Assembly (NCBI GenBank): GCA_902534495.1
Contig: CACAQC010000003.1
Span: forward strand, 6,952-70,951
Direction: 5' to 3'
Source: an uncultured Candidatus Actinomarina sp.
GTDB taxonomy: Bacteria > Actinomycetota > Acidimicrobiia > Actinomarinales > Actinomarinaceae
DNA: 64,000 nucleotides
Below, piece after piece: positions 28,811 through 38,840 of the stretch. Made by a program: the position numbers and the translations under genes. The notes beneath the pieces are model-generated. The model searched no databases. It saw only the letters and a program-made list of their open reading frames with translations, and was not told where the DNA came from. Position 1 is the first letter of the stretch. Each line of letters starts with the position of its first letter.

Positions 28811-29464
28811 TTTTTGCTTCATAGCAATGATAAATCTTTTAGAATTTTCTTGATTGTAAGAAGATTCAACTAATTTTTTTTCCATTTTATATATATATTT
28901 GATTGAGTCGTCAATCATATCAACACTCGTTTTATTTAAAAGAATTTGTGCTTTTTTATATTTATAATCATCTTTTTCATTCAAAACTTCTAAAACATTT
29001 TTTGTGTCAGTTGACGTTAAAAGTTTTAATCTTAAAATTTCTTTTGTGAAAAAATTCAAAAACATTCTAAAATTTGATTCTTTCTCTGTGAAAAAAGAAA
29101 CGAGATTTTTATCTATTTTTTTTCTATTATCAAAAATTGTATTTGAAAGATCCCATGGAAAATATTTAATAGTACTTTTTGAATAATGAATAACTTGTAT
29201 TGATTTAATATGCTGAAATTTTGTCAAATTAGACTTTTTAACTTGAAATATATATTTAGAGTCAAAATCATAATTTATTAGCTCTAAGTTTTTATATGTT
29301 AAGAATTCATCTATAACAAATTTGTATGAATCATCTGAGAACAAACTCACATTTTTGTCGCTATTGATTTCATGAAATTTAATCTTTTCATATTTTAATT
29401 CATTAATATCAAGATCATCTAAATTATCAACTAAATTATCTGTAATTACTAAGTACGTCATCAA
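28799..29464 (-). CDS. Hypothetical protein occupying the holA (DNA polymerase III delta) position; possibly a minimal delta subunit
   Basis: I recognise no diagnostic motif. The assignment rests only on conserved order (leuS ... holA, rpsT, lepA). 221 aa, versus about 320 aa typical for HolA. Confidence 0.3.
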   Translation of the reverse strand: MMTYLVITDNLVDNLDDLDINELKYEKIKFHEINSDKNVSLFSDDSYKFVIDEFLTYKNLELINYDFDSKYIFQVKKSNLTKFQHIKSIQVIHYSKSTIKYFPWDLSNTIFDNRKKIDKNLVSFFTEKESNFRMFLNFFTKEILRLKLLTSTDTKNVLEVLNEKDDYKYKKAQILLNKTSVDMIDDSIKYIYKMEKKLVESSYNQENSKRFIIAMKQKLQA

Positions 29465-31884
29465 CCAATAAAATTTATTATTTTATCCTCAACAAAAATT
29501 ACTTTTTTATAATCAGTAACCTTTAAATTAAATTCAGAGTTACAAATATCTTCAGCTTTTTCTTGTGAGGTTCCGGTGTTAATTTCTTTTGTAAATTTTT
29601 TCTTTCCATTTATTTGTATAACTAGCTCATATGTAGGATTTCTTAAATTCGATTCTTCATAAGCCGGCCAGTCAACAGTTGAGATATCTTTATTTGAATG
29701 TAAAAGATATATTTCGGATGATATATGTGGAGAAAAAGGATATAAAAGATTACACATTGTTTCTAGGACAAGATCTTTGGTCTCAATAGAAATAGTTTTG
29801 TTTTGATTTAGATATGAAGAAATCGCGTTGTTTGCCTTCATTAAATCTGAGACACCAGTGTTAAATTCAAATTTTTCGAGATGATTTGTTACACTAAATA
29901 TTGTTTGATTCATTATTCGCACAAGACTGTCTTCATTACTAGTTTCGATATTTTCTAAATTTTTTAGTTTTGTCATATTATCCCAAAATTTATTTAAAAA
30001 TCGTTTAGTGCCCTCTATTCCTCCATCATTCCACTCTACTCCATCACTTGGCGGGGCCATAAATAGAATATACAATCTCAACGCATCAGCACCGTGAGTT
30101 ACAAAATATGATTCTGGATCCACTACATTCCCTTTAGACTTTGACATTTTGGAACCGCCAAAATTAATCATTCCTTGACTAAATAAATTATGGAATGGTT
30201 CATCCACATTTAGTAAATTTATATCTCTTAAAGCTTTAACAAAAAATCTTGAATATAAAAGGTGCAAAATTGCGTGTTCGACTCCCCCAATATATTGATC
30301 AATGGGAAGCCATGAGTTTGCAATGTTTTTATCAAACGGAGATTTTTCATTTTTTGAATCGAGAAATCTCAAAAAGTACCAAGATGAATCAACGAAAGTA
30401 TCCATTGTGTCAGTTTCCCTCTTGCCTTCAGACCCACATTCTGGACAATCAGTATTAACAAAATCTTTACTTTTAGCCAATGGTGAATCTTCAGAATTTT
30501 TGTAATCCTCAATTTCAGGCAGTAATACAGGTAAATTTTCAAGACTCTCTGGGACTAGGCCACATCGGGTACAATTTATCAACGGAATTGGACACCCCCA
30601 GTATCTTTGTCGACTTATAAGCCAATCTCGTAGTCTAAAGGTTACTTTTCTTTCTCCAAGATTTTGCTTAGATAAAAATTCAAGTATAGATTCTGAACCA
30701 TCAGTATGAGATTGCAAACCGTTATAGTCACCAGAATTAATCAAGATACCATTTTCAATATAAGGTTTTTCTTCAATATCCACAGTGTGATCTTTATCGA
30801 TTATCACTTGAATAATTTCAAGTTCATACTTTTTAGCAAACTCATAATCTCTTTCATCATGACCTGGAACGGCCATTATTGCTCCAGTTCCATAATTAAT
30901 TAAAACATAATCTGCAACCCACAATGGCACACTTTTGTTGTTAACAGGATTTAATACTTTTAACCCAGTATCAACCCCAGTTTTTTCTTTTGTTATGGAC
31001 ATTCTCTCAAATTCAGACTTTGATTTAGCCCTATCAATATACTTATTGATTTCTTTTGAATTTGATGATTTTAACAAAATCTCATTCATCAAATCATGCT
31101 CTGGTGAAATGACCGCAAAAGTCATTCCAAACAGAGTATCTGGTCTAGTTGTAAAAACATCAAAATTTAAATCACTTTCTTCTATTTTTAAATTAAATTG
31201 AACTCCAGATGATTTACCAATCCAATTTTCCTGCATTGATTTTACATTTTCGGGCCAATTTCCAATCTTTTCAAGCCCATCTAGCAATTCATCTGAATAG
31301 TTTGATATCTTAAAAAACCACTGGTTTAAATTTTTCTTGATAACTTTTGAATCACATCTTTCACAATTACCTTCAACAACCTGCTCATTGGCTAAAACAG
31401 TATTGCATGATGTGCACCAATTTACAGGAGCATCCTCTTTATAAGCTAATCCATTGTTGAACAATTGTATAAAAAGATATTGTGTCCATTTGTAATAATT
31501 TTTATCATGAGCTGCAACTTCTTTATTCCAATCGTACAAAGATCCTAGGCGTTGAATTTGATCCCTCATATTACTAATTCTTTCTTCAGTAAACTTTTTT
31601 GGGTGTATTCCTGTTTGGATAGCTGCATTTTCAGCGGGCAGACCAAATGAATCCCAACCCATTGGTGATAAAACATTAAATCCTTGTTTTTGCTTATACC
31701 GAGTAATTACATCTCCAATTGTATAATTTCTGACGTGTCCCATATGTAAATCTCCAGAGGGGTATGGATACATACATAAATTGTAAAAATTATTTTTATC
31801 TAGCGAAACATCACAATTGGCTAGATTAATTTTTTCCCAATGTTCTTGCCATTTTTTTTCAATTTCATTAAAAATGTAATCCAT
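29461..31884 (-). CDS. leuS: Leucine--tRNA ligase
   Basis: [15 protein letters not shown] (HIGH), KMSKSKGN (KMSKS), and the CP1 editing region. Confidence 0.95.
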   Translation of the reverse strand: MDYIFNEIEKKWQEHWEKINLANCDVSLDKNNFYNLCMYPYPSGDLHMGHVRNYTIGDVITRYKQKQGFNVLSPMGWDSFGLPAENAAIQTGIHPKKFTEERISNMRDQIQRLGSLYDWNKEVAAHDKNYYKWTQYLFIQLFNNGLAYKEDAPVNWCTSCNTVLANEQVVEGNCERCDSKVIKKNLNQWFFKISNYSDELLDGLEKIGNWPENVKSMQENWIGKSSGVQFNLKIEESDLNFDVFTTRPDTLFGMTFAVISPEHDLMNEILLKSSNSKEINKYIDRAKSKSEFERMSITKEKTGVDTGLKVLNPVNNKSVPLWVADYVLINYGTGAIMAVPGHDERDYEFAKKYELEIIQVIIDKDHTVDIEEKPYIENGILINSGDYNGLQSHTDGSESILEFLSKQNLGERKVTFRLRDWLISRQRYWGCPIPLINCTRCGLVPESLENLPVLLPEIEDYKNSEDSPLAKSKDFVNTDCPECGSEGKRETDTMDTFVDSSWYFLRFLDSKNEKSPFDKNIANSWLPIDQYIGGVEHAILHLLYSRFFVKALRDINLLNVDEPFHNLFSQGMINFGGSKMSKSKGNVVDPESYFVTHGADALRLYILFMAPPSDGVEWNDGGIEGTKRFLNKFWDNMTKLKNLENIETSNEDSLVRIMNQTIFSVTNHLEKFEFNTGVSDLMKANNAISSYLNQNKTISIETKDLVLETMCNLLYPFSPHISSEIYLLHSNKDISTVDWPAYEESNLRNPTYELVIQINGKKKFTKEINTGTSQEKAEDICNSEFNLKVTDYKKVIFVEDKIINFIG

Positions 31885-31889
31885 GATTA

Positions 31890-32996
31890 TTAATTATAAG
31901 CTTTTTCTGTACTCAAATACATTTGCATTATACTGTACGATTTTTCTATTTTCTTAATAGCAGATTCAACTAACTTATTTTTTTCTATTGAATTAAGATT
32001 TAAAACCATTTCAATCTTCTCAAGTAGTTCCTTATTGTCCTTGAATAAGAAGCCATTTTCTTCATTGTCTACTATTGAATTCATTGGTGTAACATCTCTT
32101 GTTATACATATAACACCGTGGGCCATGGCTTCCAACAAAACTAAACCCAAACCCTCAGAATAAGATGGAAATATGAAAATTTCGATTGATTCAAAAAAAG
32201 AATATCTATCCTCTACATAACCAAGAAATTTTACATTGTTGTCTTTGATTTTATTTTTTAAACTTTTTATGTAATTTTCTGACCCTGTTCCACCTATTAA
32301 AAGGGTCAATTCAAAATTACTTGAATTTTCTTTTTCTTGAAACTTTGTGTACACATCAATTAAATCTTCAATCCCCTTATTTTTATTCAATTTTCCTAAA
32401 TATCCCAAAGTTGGATTTGCCAATTTGTTGTTTTGTGAAACTTCTTGAATTTCAACTCCATATGGAATTACAGTTGGTTTTATTGATGAATTTAGTTTTT
32501 CTAACCAGTCCCTTATACTTTCTGAAATAACAATTACCTTGTTTGCTTTTTCCCATATTTTAGATTGTTGTTTAATAAATATTTTTCTTAAAAAATCGAT
32601 TAAGAAGTTCCCTTGCAAATAGGTCCCATATTTTCCATGAATAGTAACAATTCTTTTACCTTTATTTTTTAAAAATAAATTTGATGAATATGCCAGTAAA
32701 TCACTTCTTGGTGAATGTGTATGAATAATATCAAACCTTTTTTTCTTAAAATAGCTTATCGCTTTGTATATTGAAATTGGATTAATACCCTGCAACTTTT
32801 TTGGTCCCTTAAATCTATTTAAATTTAAGTTAAGGGATGTAAATTCGTTCTCTAAGCTCACAAAATTGTGAAGATCTTTTCCCAGTAAAAGAACTGATAC
32901 ATCATGTCCTTTTTCAATCTGAAGCTTAACTAGGGAATAAAGATGTGACTCTGCACCTCCCCTAGATAAATCATTAATAACATGGCAGATTTTCAT
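31890..32996 (-). CDS. Glycosyltransferase family 4
   Basis: [22 protein letters not shown] motif; N-terminal [16 protein letters not shown]. Confidence 0.8.
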   Translation of the reverse strand: MKICHVINDLSRGGAESHLYSLVKLQIEKGHDVSVLLLGKDLHNFVSLENEFTSLNLNLNRFKGPKKLQGINPISIYKAISYFKKKRFDIIHTHSPRSDLLAYSSNLFLKNKGKRIVTIHGKYGTYLQGNFLIDFLRKIFIKQQSKIWEKANKVIVISESIRDWLEKLNSSIKPTVIPYGVEIQEVSQNNKLANPTLGYLGKLNKNKGIEDLIDVYTKFQEKENSSNFELTLLIGGTGSENYIKSLKNKIKDNNVKFLGYVEDRYSFFESIEIFIFPSYSEGLGLVLLEAMAHGVICITRDVTPMNSIVDNEENGFLFKDNKELLEKIEMVLNLNSIEKNKLVESAIKKIEKSYSIMQMYLSTEKAYN

Positions 32997-33637
32997 ACAT
33001 CAAACCTTGGGGTAATCCATGTTGATTTATACGGAAAAACTTTATTTTTATTGAAGTTTTGTGCCGTCAGAGGTGTGAAATTGACTAATGATTTTTTAGT
33101 ATTGTCATCATTTCTAATAGGTAAAATAATTAAATCTTCTAATAGTTCCTTTTTGAAAGAATATAATTCATTAATATCTGAAATATCTTCGGAATAATAT
33201 TTTATTTTGTTTAAAGATATAAAGTACTTACTTTTATTTGAGACGGAAAAACCCTTTTCTTTAGAAATTTTTTGAAGAAAAGAATCATCACTTATTAAAA
33301 GTTCAGAATTGTATGACTCAATTTTTATATCATTGATGTCAACAAATACAACTTCAAAAAAATCGTCTATCGAATTTTCTATTATATATTGAAATCTATG
33401 GTGCCCATCAAGAATAAATATTTCGTCATTAATCATTAATTGCTCATCAAAAGTTTCGATATTGACACCAAAAACAATTACAGAGTTTTTAATAATTGTG
33501 TCAGTTATGTGATTTTCTTTGATAGTTTGCTCATGTGGGAAAATTATCTCACGATTTTTAAATATATTAAATTTTGCCATGTATACATTTAATTTTGGTT
33601 CACTAAGTGCTATCTTTGTAATATTATCTACAATCAT
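32993..33637 (-). CDS. Hypothetical protein with a ParB/Srx-like DGHHR motif
   Basis: IFILDGHHRFQYI at about aa 84-96 resembles the ParB/sulfiredoxin-fold nucleotide-binding motif. Nothing else is recognisable. 4-nt overlap with the downstream GT4 gene. Confidence 0.35.
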   Translation of the reverse strand: MIVDNITKIALSEPKLNVYMAKFNIFKNREIIFPHEQTIKENHITDTIIKNSVIVFGVNIETFDEQLMINDEIFILDGHHRFQYIIENSIDDFFEVVFVDINDIKIESYNSELLISDDSFLQKISKEKGFSVSNKSKYFISLNKIKYYSEDISDINELYSFKKELLEDLIILPIRNDDNTKKSLVNFTPLTAQNFNKNKVFPYKSTWITPRFDV

Positions 33638-33644
33638 TCATTCC

Positions 33645-34712
33645 TCAATTACATGAGATAAACTTTTCAAGAAAAATCAAAAAATCTGATATCATTTCAT
33701 CAGTAATGCTGTTGTAATTACTAACTCTGATACCTCCAACACTTCTATGCCCATTTAATCCTAAAAATTTATTTTCATAACTTTTTTCTAAAAATATTTC
33801 GGTTTGCTTTTTATCTTTAAAATCAAAAACGATATTCGATGTACTTCTAAATTCTTTAGGAGCTAGAGGAGTTAAATCGTCTAAATTATTATCCAAAAAA
33901 TTATAAATTTTATTTGCTCTGTCAATGTTGTTTCGTTCAAATTCCTTCAAGCCACCGTTTTTTTCAATCCATTCCAAGACTTTTAACATCACATAAATTG
34001 AAAAAGTAGGGGGTGTATTAAATATAGAGTTTTTATCAATATGATTATTTATGTCCATATAACTTGTCAAATCCTCTTTTTGGATGAAGTCTCTATCGAA
34101 AATACAAATTGTTACACCTGGTATACCCAAATTTTTTTGAGCACCAGCAAAAATGTAAGAAATATTGTCCCATTCAAATTGATATGAACAGATATCTGAA
34201 GACATATCAATAATCAATTTTTTATCTTTGAAATTGTTAAATTTTTTAATTTGTATTCCTTGAATTGTTTCATTTGAGGTAATATACAAATATTTTTTAT
34301 TTGATTGTCCAACTTCATCAGTTATTTTTTCATAACTCTGATTTGTTAAAGCAATACTCGGAATATCCCTATTGAAGTTTACTTGAAAATCGTGATGAGT
34401 TTTTTTTCCCCAAGTTCCTGATAATAGAAAGAGAATATCATCTTTTAATGTGGGTTTGTTTTCGGCAATAAAAGTGTTCTGGAATGTTGCACCCCCCTGT
34501 AAAAAAATAATTTCAAAATTATTTGGGATATTTAAAAGTTTATGGAGATTTTTTTTTGACTCATTTAGTATATTTTCAAAGACCTCTCCCCTGTGAGATA
34601 GTTCTAAAACAGATTGGCCAAGGTTTCTAAAATCTAATACATCTTGAGAAATTTCATCCAATATATCTTTTGGAATTTTCGAAGGACCTGGAGCAAAATT
34701 TTTAACTTTCAT
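33645..34712 (-). CDS. serC: Phosphoserine aminotransferase
   Basis: NFAPGPSKIP...LELSHRGEVF...FLQGGATFQN...AGAQKNLG (the PLP lysine region) is a typical SerC pattern. Confidence 0.88.
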   Translation of the reverse strand: MKVKNFAPGPSKIPKDILDEISQDVLDFRNLGQSVLELSHRGEVFENILNESKKNLHKLLNIPNNFEIIFLQGGATFQNTFIAENKPTLKDDILFLLSGTWGKKTHHDFQVNFNRDIPSIALTNQSYEKITDEVGQSNKKYLYITSNETIQGIQIKKFNNFKDKKLIIDMSSDICSYQFEWDNISYIFAGAQKNLGIPGVTICIFDRDFIQKEDLTSYMDINNHIDKNSIFNTPPTFSIYVMLKVLEWIEKNGGLKEFERNNIDRANKIYNFLDNNLDDLTPLAPKEFRSTSNIVFDFKDKKQTEIFLEKSYENKFLGLNGHRSVGGIRVSNYNSITDEMISDFLIFLEKFISCN

Positions 34713-36075
34713 TTAATTCCATTGTAAACATGAGACTTAAGTACAAACCAAAAAGTGGAAGCAAATCTTCCATTGATCCTAAACCAATCGAAATTAAGAG
34801 AAGAAAAACTTTTAATCCATGAGAAAAGTTTTTTTGAAAAGAAAAAATAATTACAAGTATATTCAAAATAAGGTAAAACATTCCAATTGAGAAGAAGTTA
34901 AAGAGAAAATTATTCTGAATATTAACTATTTCATAAGTCAGAAAATATCTACCTGTACCAAATGAATCAGATAAATATTGTACTTTAAGATATTTAGGAA
35001 GTGTTCTATTTGTGAGGTACATTTTGTGAGATACCTCTTGATCCAGATACTCTGTATAAACTTTATTGATTGATAAGAAACCATAACCAGTGTTTTCAAA
35101 TATTTTATTTGTTGTAAATGAAATGATATCGAGCCTCTCTCTATTTTCATTTAACAAACTCGTTAGATTAGATTCTTGATTATCTATGTCATTTTCAACA
35201 CCGCTAAGTTCATTTGTATCTTTAGCAATATCAAGTTCTACAATTTCTTCAATAGTGCCAGACAAGTCCTCATTAGGACACTCAATATTACTTGGACTAA
35301 TATCACACTCCTGAATTGGAAGTATAAAAAATAGAAAATATGAAATAAAGAAGATTAAATTTTTTAATTTAAAGTTTTTGAGAAATATATCAACAATGGT
35401 GATTGCAAAAATAAGAAGTAAAGAAAGTTCACTTTTTGTCAACCCAAAAATTATTCCAGATAACAAGTAGAATAAAAAATTATTTTCAGTTTTATAGTGT
35501 AATACGATGAAACTAGGAAATAATAAGGACACTAAAAAAACAGGTTCCCTAAAGGTTCCAAGCATCCTATGGCTCCCTGAACTCCAAAAAGTAGTTTGTA
35601 TATCAAATCCTAAAATTCCTGTGCCTGGTCTGTTTCTAATAGGTTCGGGAATATTGAATATTTGAGCAATAAAAAAGTATATCGACATGATACTAATTAA
35701 ATAAAATATAATTTTTAAACTTTCTACTATTGCTTCTTTATATCCAAAATTAATAATTACGAAAAATACAAGAATGAAACCTAAGTAACTAAATAACCTT
35801 ATACCCAGGTAATTTAAATTTACAAAATTATAAGTCATTGTAAATAAACTGAAAATAGTTGGTAGTAAAGTTACAAAAACGATAATAAAAAATAACAGAT
35901 TAAATTTCATTTTTTCTTTTCTAAAAATTATTAGACAAATTAAAGTGAGCAACAAGTTTCCAACCCATGAAAGTGGTGTATTTAAGACTTGATAAGAATC
36001 AAGAAATATTAATAAAATCGAAAATGAAAAAAGTAATTTTAGTAAATTCTGATTTTCAAGGACTTTATTTATCAT
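34702..36075 (-). CDS. Polytopic membrane protein, putative repeat-unit polymerase (Wzy-like)
   Basis: About 10 or more hydrophobic segments, a GSHRMLGTFREP loop, and an acidic Cys-containing insert (ECDISPSNIECPNEDL...). It lies next to Wzx. I placed the start at the ATG at 36075; the track's TTG at 36099 is also possible. Confidence 0.45.
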   Translation of the reverse strand: MINKVLENQNLLKLLFSFSILLIFLDSYQVLNTPLSWVGNLLLTLICLIIFRKEKMKFNLLFFIIVFVTLLPTIFSLFTMTYNFVNLNYLGIRLFSYLGFILVFFVIINFGYKEAIVESLKIIFYLISIMSIYFFIAQIFNIPEPIRNRPGTGILGFDIQTTFWSSGSHRMLGTFREPVFLVSLLFPSFIVLHYKTENNFLFYLLSGIIFGLTKSELSLLLIFAITIVDIFLKNFKLKNLIFFISYFLFFILPIQECDISPSNIECPNEDLSGTIEEIVELDIAKDTNELSGVENDIDNQESNLTSLLNENRERLDIISFTTNKIFENTGYGFLSINKVYTEYLDQEVSHKMYLTNRTLPKYLKVQYLSDSFGTGRYFLTYEIVNIQNNFLFNFFSIGMFYLILNILVIIFSFQKNFSHGLKVFLLLISIGLGSMEDLLPLFGLYLSLMFTMELNES

Positions 36076-36107
36076 TACCTTTACTCTAACTATCGACAAA
36101 TTAAATT

Positions 36108-37313
36108 TTAATAATTATTTTTGTTATTTTTATATTTCAGATAAACACTAAATTCATAAAGTTTTTGAAATGCAGTACTCAAACTAATTGATATTGCAAT
36201 TCCATTAAAACCAAAATTTGAAATAAAAAATGGGGCCGTACTTAAAAAAATTATCAAATTAATAACTCTTCCAATTGTATGTTTATGTATTAATTCATTC
36301 ATGAAAAGAAAATGTCTTGTCCAGAAAGTCAAGTAATAAGACATAAATCCAAATAATAAAATCATCATAGGTAAAAAAGCATCGGCAAATTCATCTCCAG
36401 CGATAATTTCTATGAGGTTACTTCCAAAAAGGTAATAAATGGAAACAATTATCACTGAAGATGGAAGTAATATATTTATAAATAAGTTTCTGAAATTGTA
36501 ATCACCTTGATTGTTTATTTTATTTAACATCCACGGTGAAAAGGCAACAATTAGAGAATTAATCGGATCTACTAACTTTTTGGCTATTCTATAAATTCCA
36601 GCAGAATAATAATCTGCGAAATAACCAATCACAACTACATCAAGATGTGTAGGTATAAGTCCAACTGACTGATCAGTTCTTATTTTATAAAAATTTGATT
36701 TTGACATTTTTATATATTCTTTAAAGGTAATTTTTTCAGCTTTATTCGTTTCTTTTTTAAACAATAAAAGCAAAACTAATACGCTTACAAAAAGTTGGTG
36801 AAAAGTTAGAGCATAAAAGAAACTACTAATATTTGGATTTAACGATACAAATGTTACTACTAATATAAATCTCGTTATATTGGAGGATGATTCAACCAGT
36901 GAATAAGTTTTCATGTCACCATTGTGTGTAAATACTCCTTTAAAAACCTCTAGGATATTTAGAAAAACTCGAGTTACAAAATATAAGATAAGATAATTAA
37001 AAATAAAATTGTAATATACAAAAAATATTACATAAACAAATATCAAGGATACGATTCCTAGTAAAATTTCAAAATAAATCGCACTATTAAGAAAATTTTT
37101 ATGAGTTGATTTAAAATTTATTAATACTAAATCTGAATTTCTAGAGCTTAAAATGCGAAAACTTAATCCAACTAATCCCAAATAAACACCTATGTTGCCA
37201 TATACCTCAGGTCCAAGATTTGTAGCAACTACTCTTACTTGGATTATTGCTAGAACTGCAATTAAACCTTGAGATAAAAGTAATTCTTTAGTTTCGTTAA
37301 GAAACTTTTTCAT
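36108..37313 (-). CDS. wzx: Polysaccharide flippase (Wzx / MOP superfamily)
   Basis: About 12 TM segments with MOP-like topology, in a glycan locus. I trimmed the start to the ATG at 37313 because the track's first 17 codons overlap tRNA-Ala (41 of the 51 nt lie within it). Confidence 0.6.
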   Translation of the reverse strand: MKKFLNETKELLLSQGLIAVLAIIQVRVVATNLGPEVYGNIGVYLGLVGLSFRILSSRNSDLVLINFKSTHKNFLNSAIYFEILLGIVSLIFVYVIFFVYYNFIFNYLILYFVTRVFLNILEVFKGVFTHNGDMKTYSLVESSSNITRFILVVTFVSLNPNISSFFYALTFHQLFVSVLVLLLLFKKETNKAEKITFKEYIKMSKSNFYKIRTDQSVGLIPTHLDVVVIGYFADYYSAGIYRIAKKLVDPINSLIVAFSPWMLNKINNQGDYNFRNLFINILLPSSVIIVSIYYLFGSNLIEIIAGDEFADAFLPMMILLFGFMSYYLTFWTRHFLFMNELIHKHTIGRVINLIIFLSTAPFFISNFGFNGIAISISLSTAFQKLYEFSVYLKYKNNKNNY

Positions 37314-37322
37314 AATTGTAAG

Positions 37323-37395
37323 TGGAGCTGAGGGGATTTGAACCCCTGACCCCTTGCATGCCATGCAAGTGCTCTGCCAACTGAGCTACAGCCCC
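37323..37395 (-). tRNA. tRNA-Ala(GGC)
   Basis: Hand-folded: GGGGCTG/TA/GCTC-AGTTGGCA-GAGC/A/CTTGC-ATGGCAT-GCAAG/GGGTC/AGGGG-TTCAAAT-CCCCT/CAGCTCC/A. The G3:U70 Ala identity pair is present. Confidence 0.92.
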
Positions 37396-37406
37396 AAATT
37401 ATAAGA

Positions 37407-37763
37407 TTATCCATATTGATAAATTAATTCACAATCAAAATATATATCTTCAAGATTATAAAATTCTCTGGAATCTTTGTTAAAAATATGAATTAAAACT
37501 TCTTTAACTTCTATAAGAAGCCAGGTAGAGTCTTTGCCTTCTACATTGATGCTTGTTTTGTCTTGAAGAACATCAGTAATTTTTTTAACAACACCATTCA
37601 TCTGTGTATTTGAATTAGCAGTCGCAATAATTATGTTTTTATGAGCTAAAGAAATGTTTCCTTTATAAATTATAACTTCTTGAAGTTTTTGTGAATAAAT
37701 GACATCTAAAAGAGTGTCTAGAAAATAAGATTCTTGTATATTTTGTTTTCTTAAATTTGACAC
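37407..37763 (-). CDS. rsfS: Ribosome silencing factor
   Basis: WLLIEVKEVLIHIFNKDSREFYNLEDIY matches the RsfS/iojap C-terminal pattern. Confidence 0.88.
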   Translation of the reverse strand: MSNLRKQNIQESYFLDTLLDVIYSQKLQEVIIYKGNISLAHKNIIIATANSNTQMNGVVKKITDVLQDKTSINVEGKDSTWLLIEVKEVLIHIFNKDSREFYNLEDIYFDCELIYQYG

Positions 37764-37821
37764 TTATAAATATACTACCATGTAAAAAATAAAGACACTA
37801 TTCTTAATATCAAGGAGAAAT

Positions 37822-38283
37822 TTGAATAGAATTAAAAATTTTATTAATTTATTAAAGACTATATTTAATAGTCGAATTTTAAGAACAATACTCGGGGCAT
37901 TAATTTTTTTTGTAGGATTATTTGGGTACATTTTTTATATCGCAGAACCCGCAGTTAAAACATTTGGTGATGGTGTCTGGTGGGCTTTAGTTACTATTAC
38001 AACTGTAGGATATGGTGATATAACACCACTCACAACTTTGGGAAGATTGGTAGCAGGTGCTTTGATGTTCTTAGGACTTGGATTAATTGCAACAGTTACT
38101 GCTCTTGTTTCAGCTAACTTTATACGTAATTATGTAGATTCTCATACTAACGATGATGTTCTTGCAAAACTTGCAGAATTGGAATTGGAAATAGAAAAAC
38201 TTAAAGAGTTAGAAGAGGATGAACTAGATAAGCTTGATGAGATAGAGTCTGAAATTGATGACCTAAAAAATAAAATTCAATAA
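37822..38283 (+). CDS. Two-TM potassium channel (KcsA-like pore) with an acidic coiled-coil tail
   Basis: The selectivity filter TTVGYGD lies between two TM helices. TTG start, with AAGGAG ending 4 nt upstream. Confidence 0.85.
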   Translation: MNRIKNFINLLKTIFNSRILRTILGALIFFVGLFGYIFYIAEPAVKTFGDGVWWALVTITTVGYGDITPLTTLGRLVAGALMFLGLGLIATVTALVSANFIRNYVDSHTNDDVLAKLAELELEIEKLKELEEDELDKLDEIESEIDDLKNKIQ

Positions 38284-38840
38284 AGATTTTTATCAATAAT
38301 ATAATTCAAAATACCCAATGGTAATTCGCCATTATCAGTATTTCTCTCTTTCAATTTTTTTCGTAAACTTGTAGAGCTTAAATTTAATTTATCACCTAGA
38401 ATAATTTCATAATTAAAAGGAAAATTTTTGTCTAGTTTTTCGATACTATCTTCACTTCTTAGTGCAATCAAAAAATTTGTCAAACTAGGTAATATTTCAT
38501 AATTTTTCCATGTTTTTATATTCATTGCTGCATCCGATCCAAGAATAAAATATAATTTCTCTTTTGGTTGATTCAATTTTTTTAATGTTTCTGAAGTATA
38601 TGATGGTTTTTTTTGTGAATTTTCAATATCACTAATTTCGAAAAAATGAGATTCCTTAATTAGAATCTTTGTCATTTCATATCGGTGTATAAAAGAAGTG
38701 GCATCTTTCTTTTGCCAAGGATTACCTGATGGAATAAATATTACTTTATCCAAATTAAATTGCTCAATAGATCTTTCAGCAATCTTAATATGAGCTTGAT
38801 GAGGTGGGTCAAAAGTTCCACCCAATACTCCGACATTCAT
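38277..38840 (-). CDS. nadD: Nicotinate-nucleotide adenylyltransferase
   Basis: The GGTFDPPHQAH (HxGH-type) motif and conserved proA-nadD-rsfS context. Confidence 0.9.
   Translation of the reverse strand: MNVGVLGGTFDPPHQAHIKIAERSIEQFNLDKVIFIPSGNPWQKKDATSFIHRYEMTKILIKESHFFEISDIENSQKKPSYTSETLKKLNQPKEKLYFILGSDAAMNIKTWKNYEILPSLTNFLIALRSEDSIEKLDKNFPFNYEIILGDKLNLSSTSLRKKLKERNTDNGELPLGILNYIIDKNLY

Noticed and set aside
20257-31884. T-box or other riboswitch leaders upstream of the aminoacyl-tRNA synthetase genes (glyQS, leuS, valS).
   Set aside because: All three start within 0-14 nt of, or overlap, the preceding gene, leaving no room for a structured leader of 150 nt or more.
37314-37364. N-terminal extension MACKGSGVQIPSAPLTI of the flippase ORF in the track.
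   Set aside because: Most of these codons lie within tRNA-Ala(GGC) on the same strand (the GSGVQIP-type peptide is a typical tRNA read-through artefact). I moved the start to the ATG at 37313.
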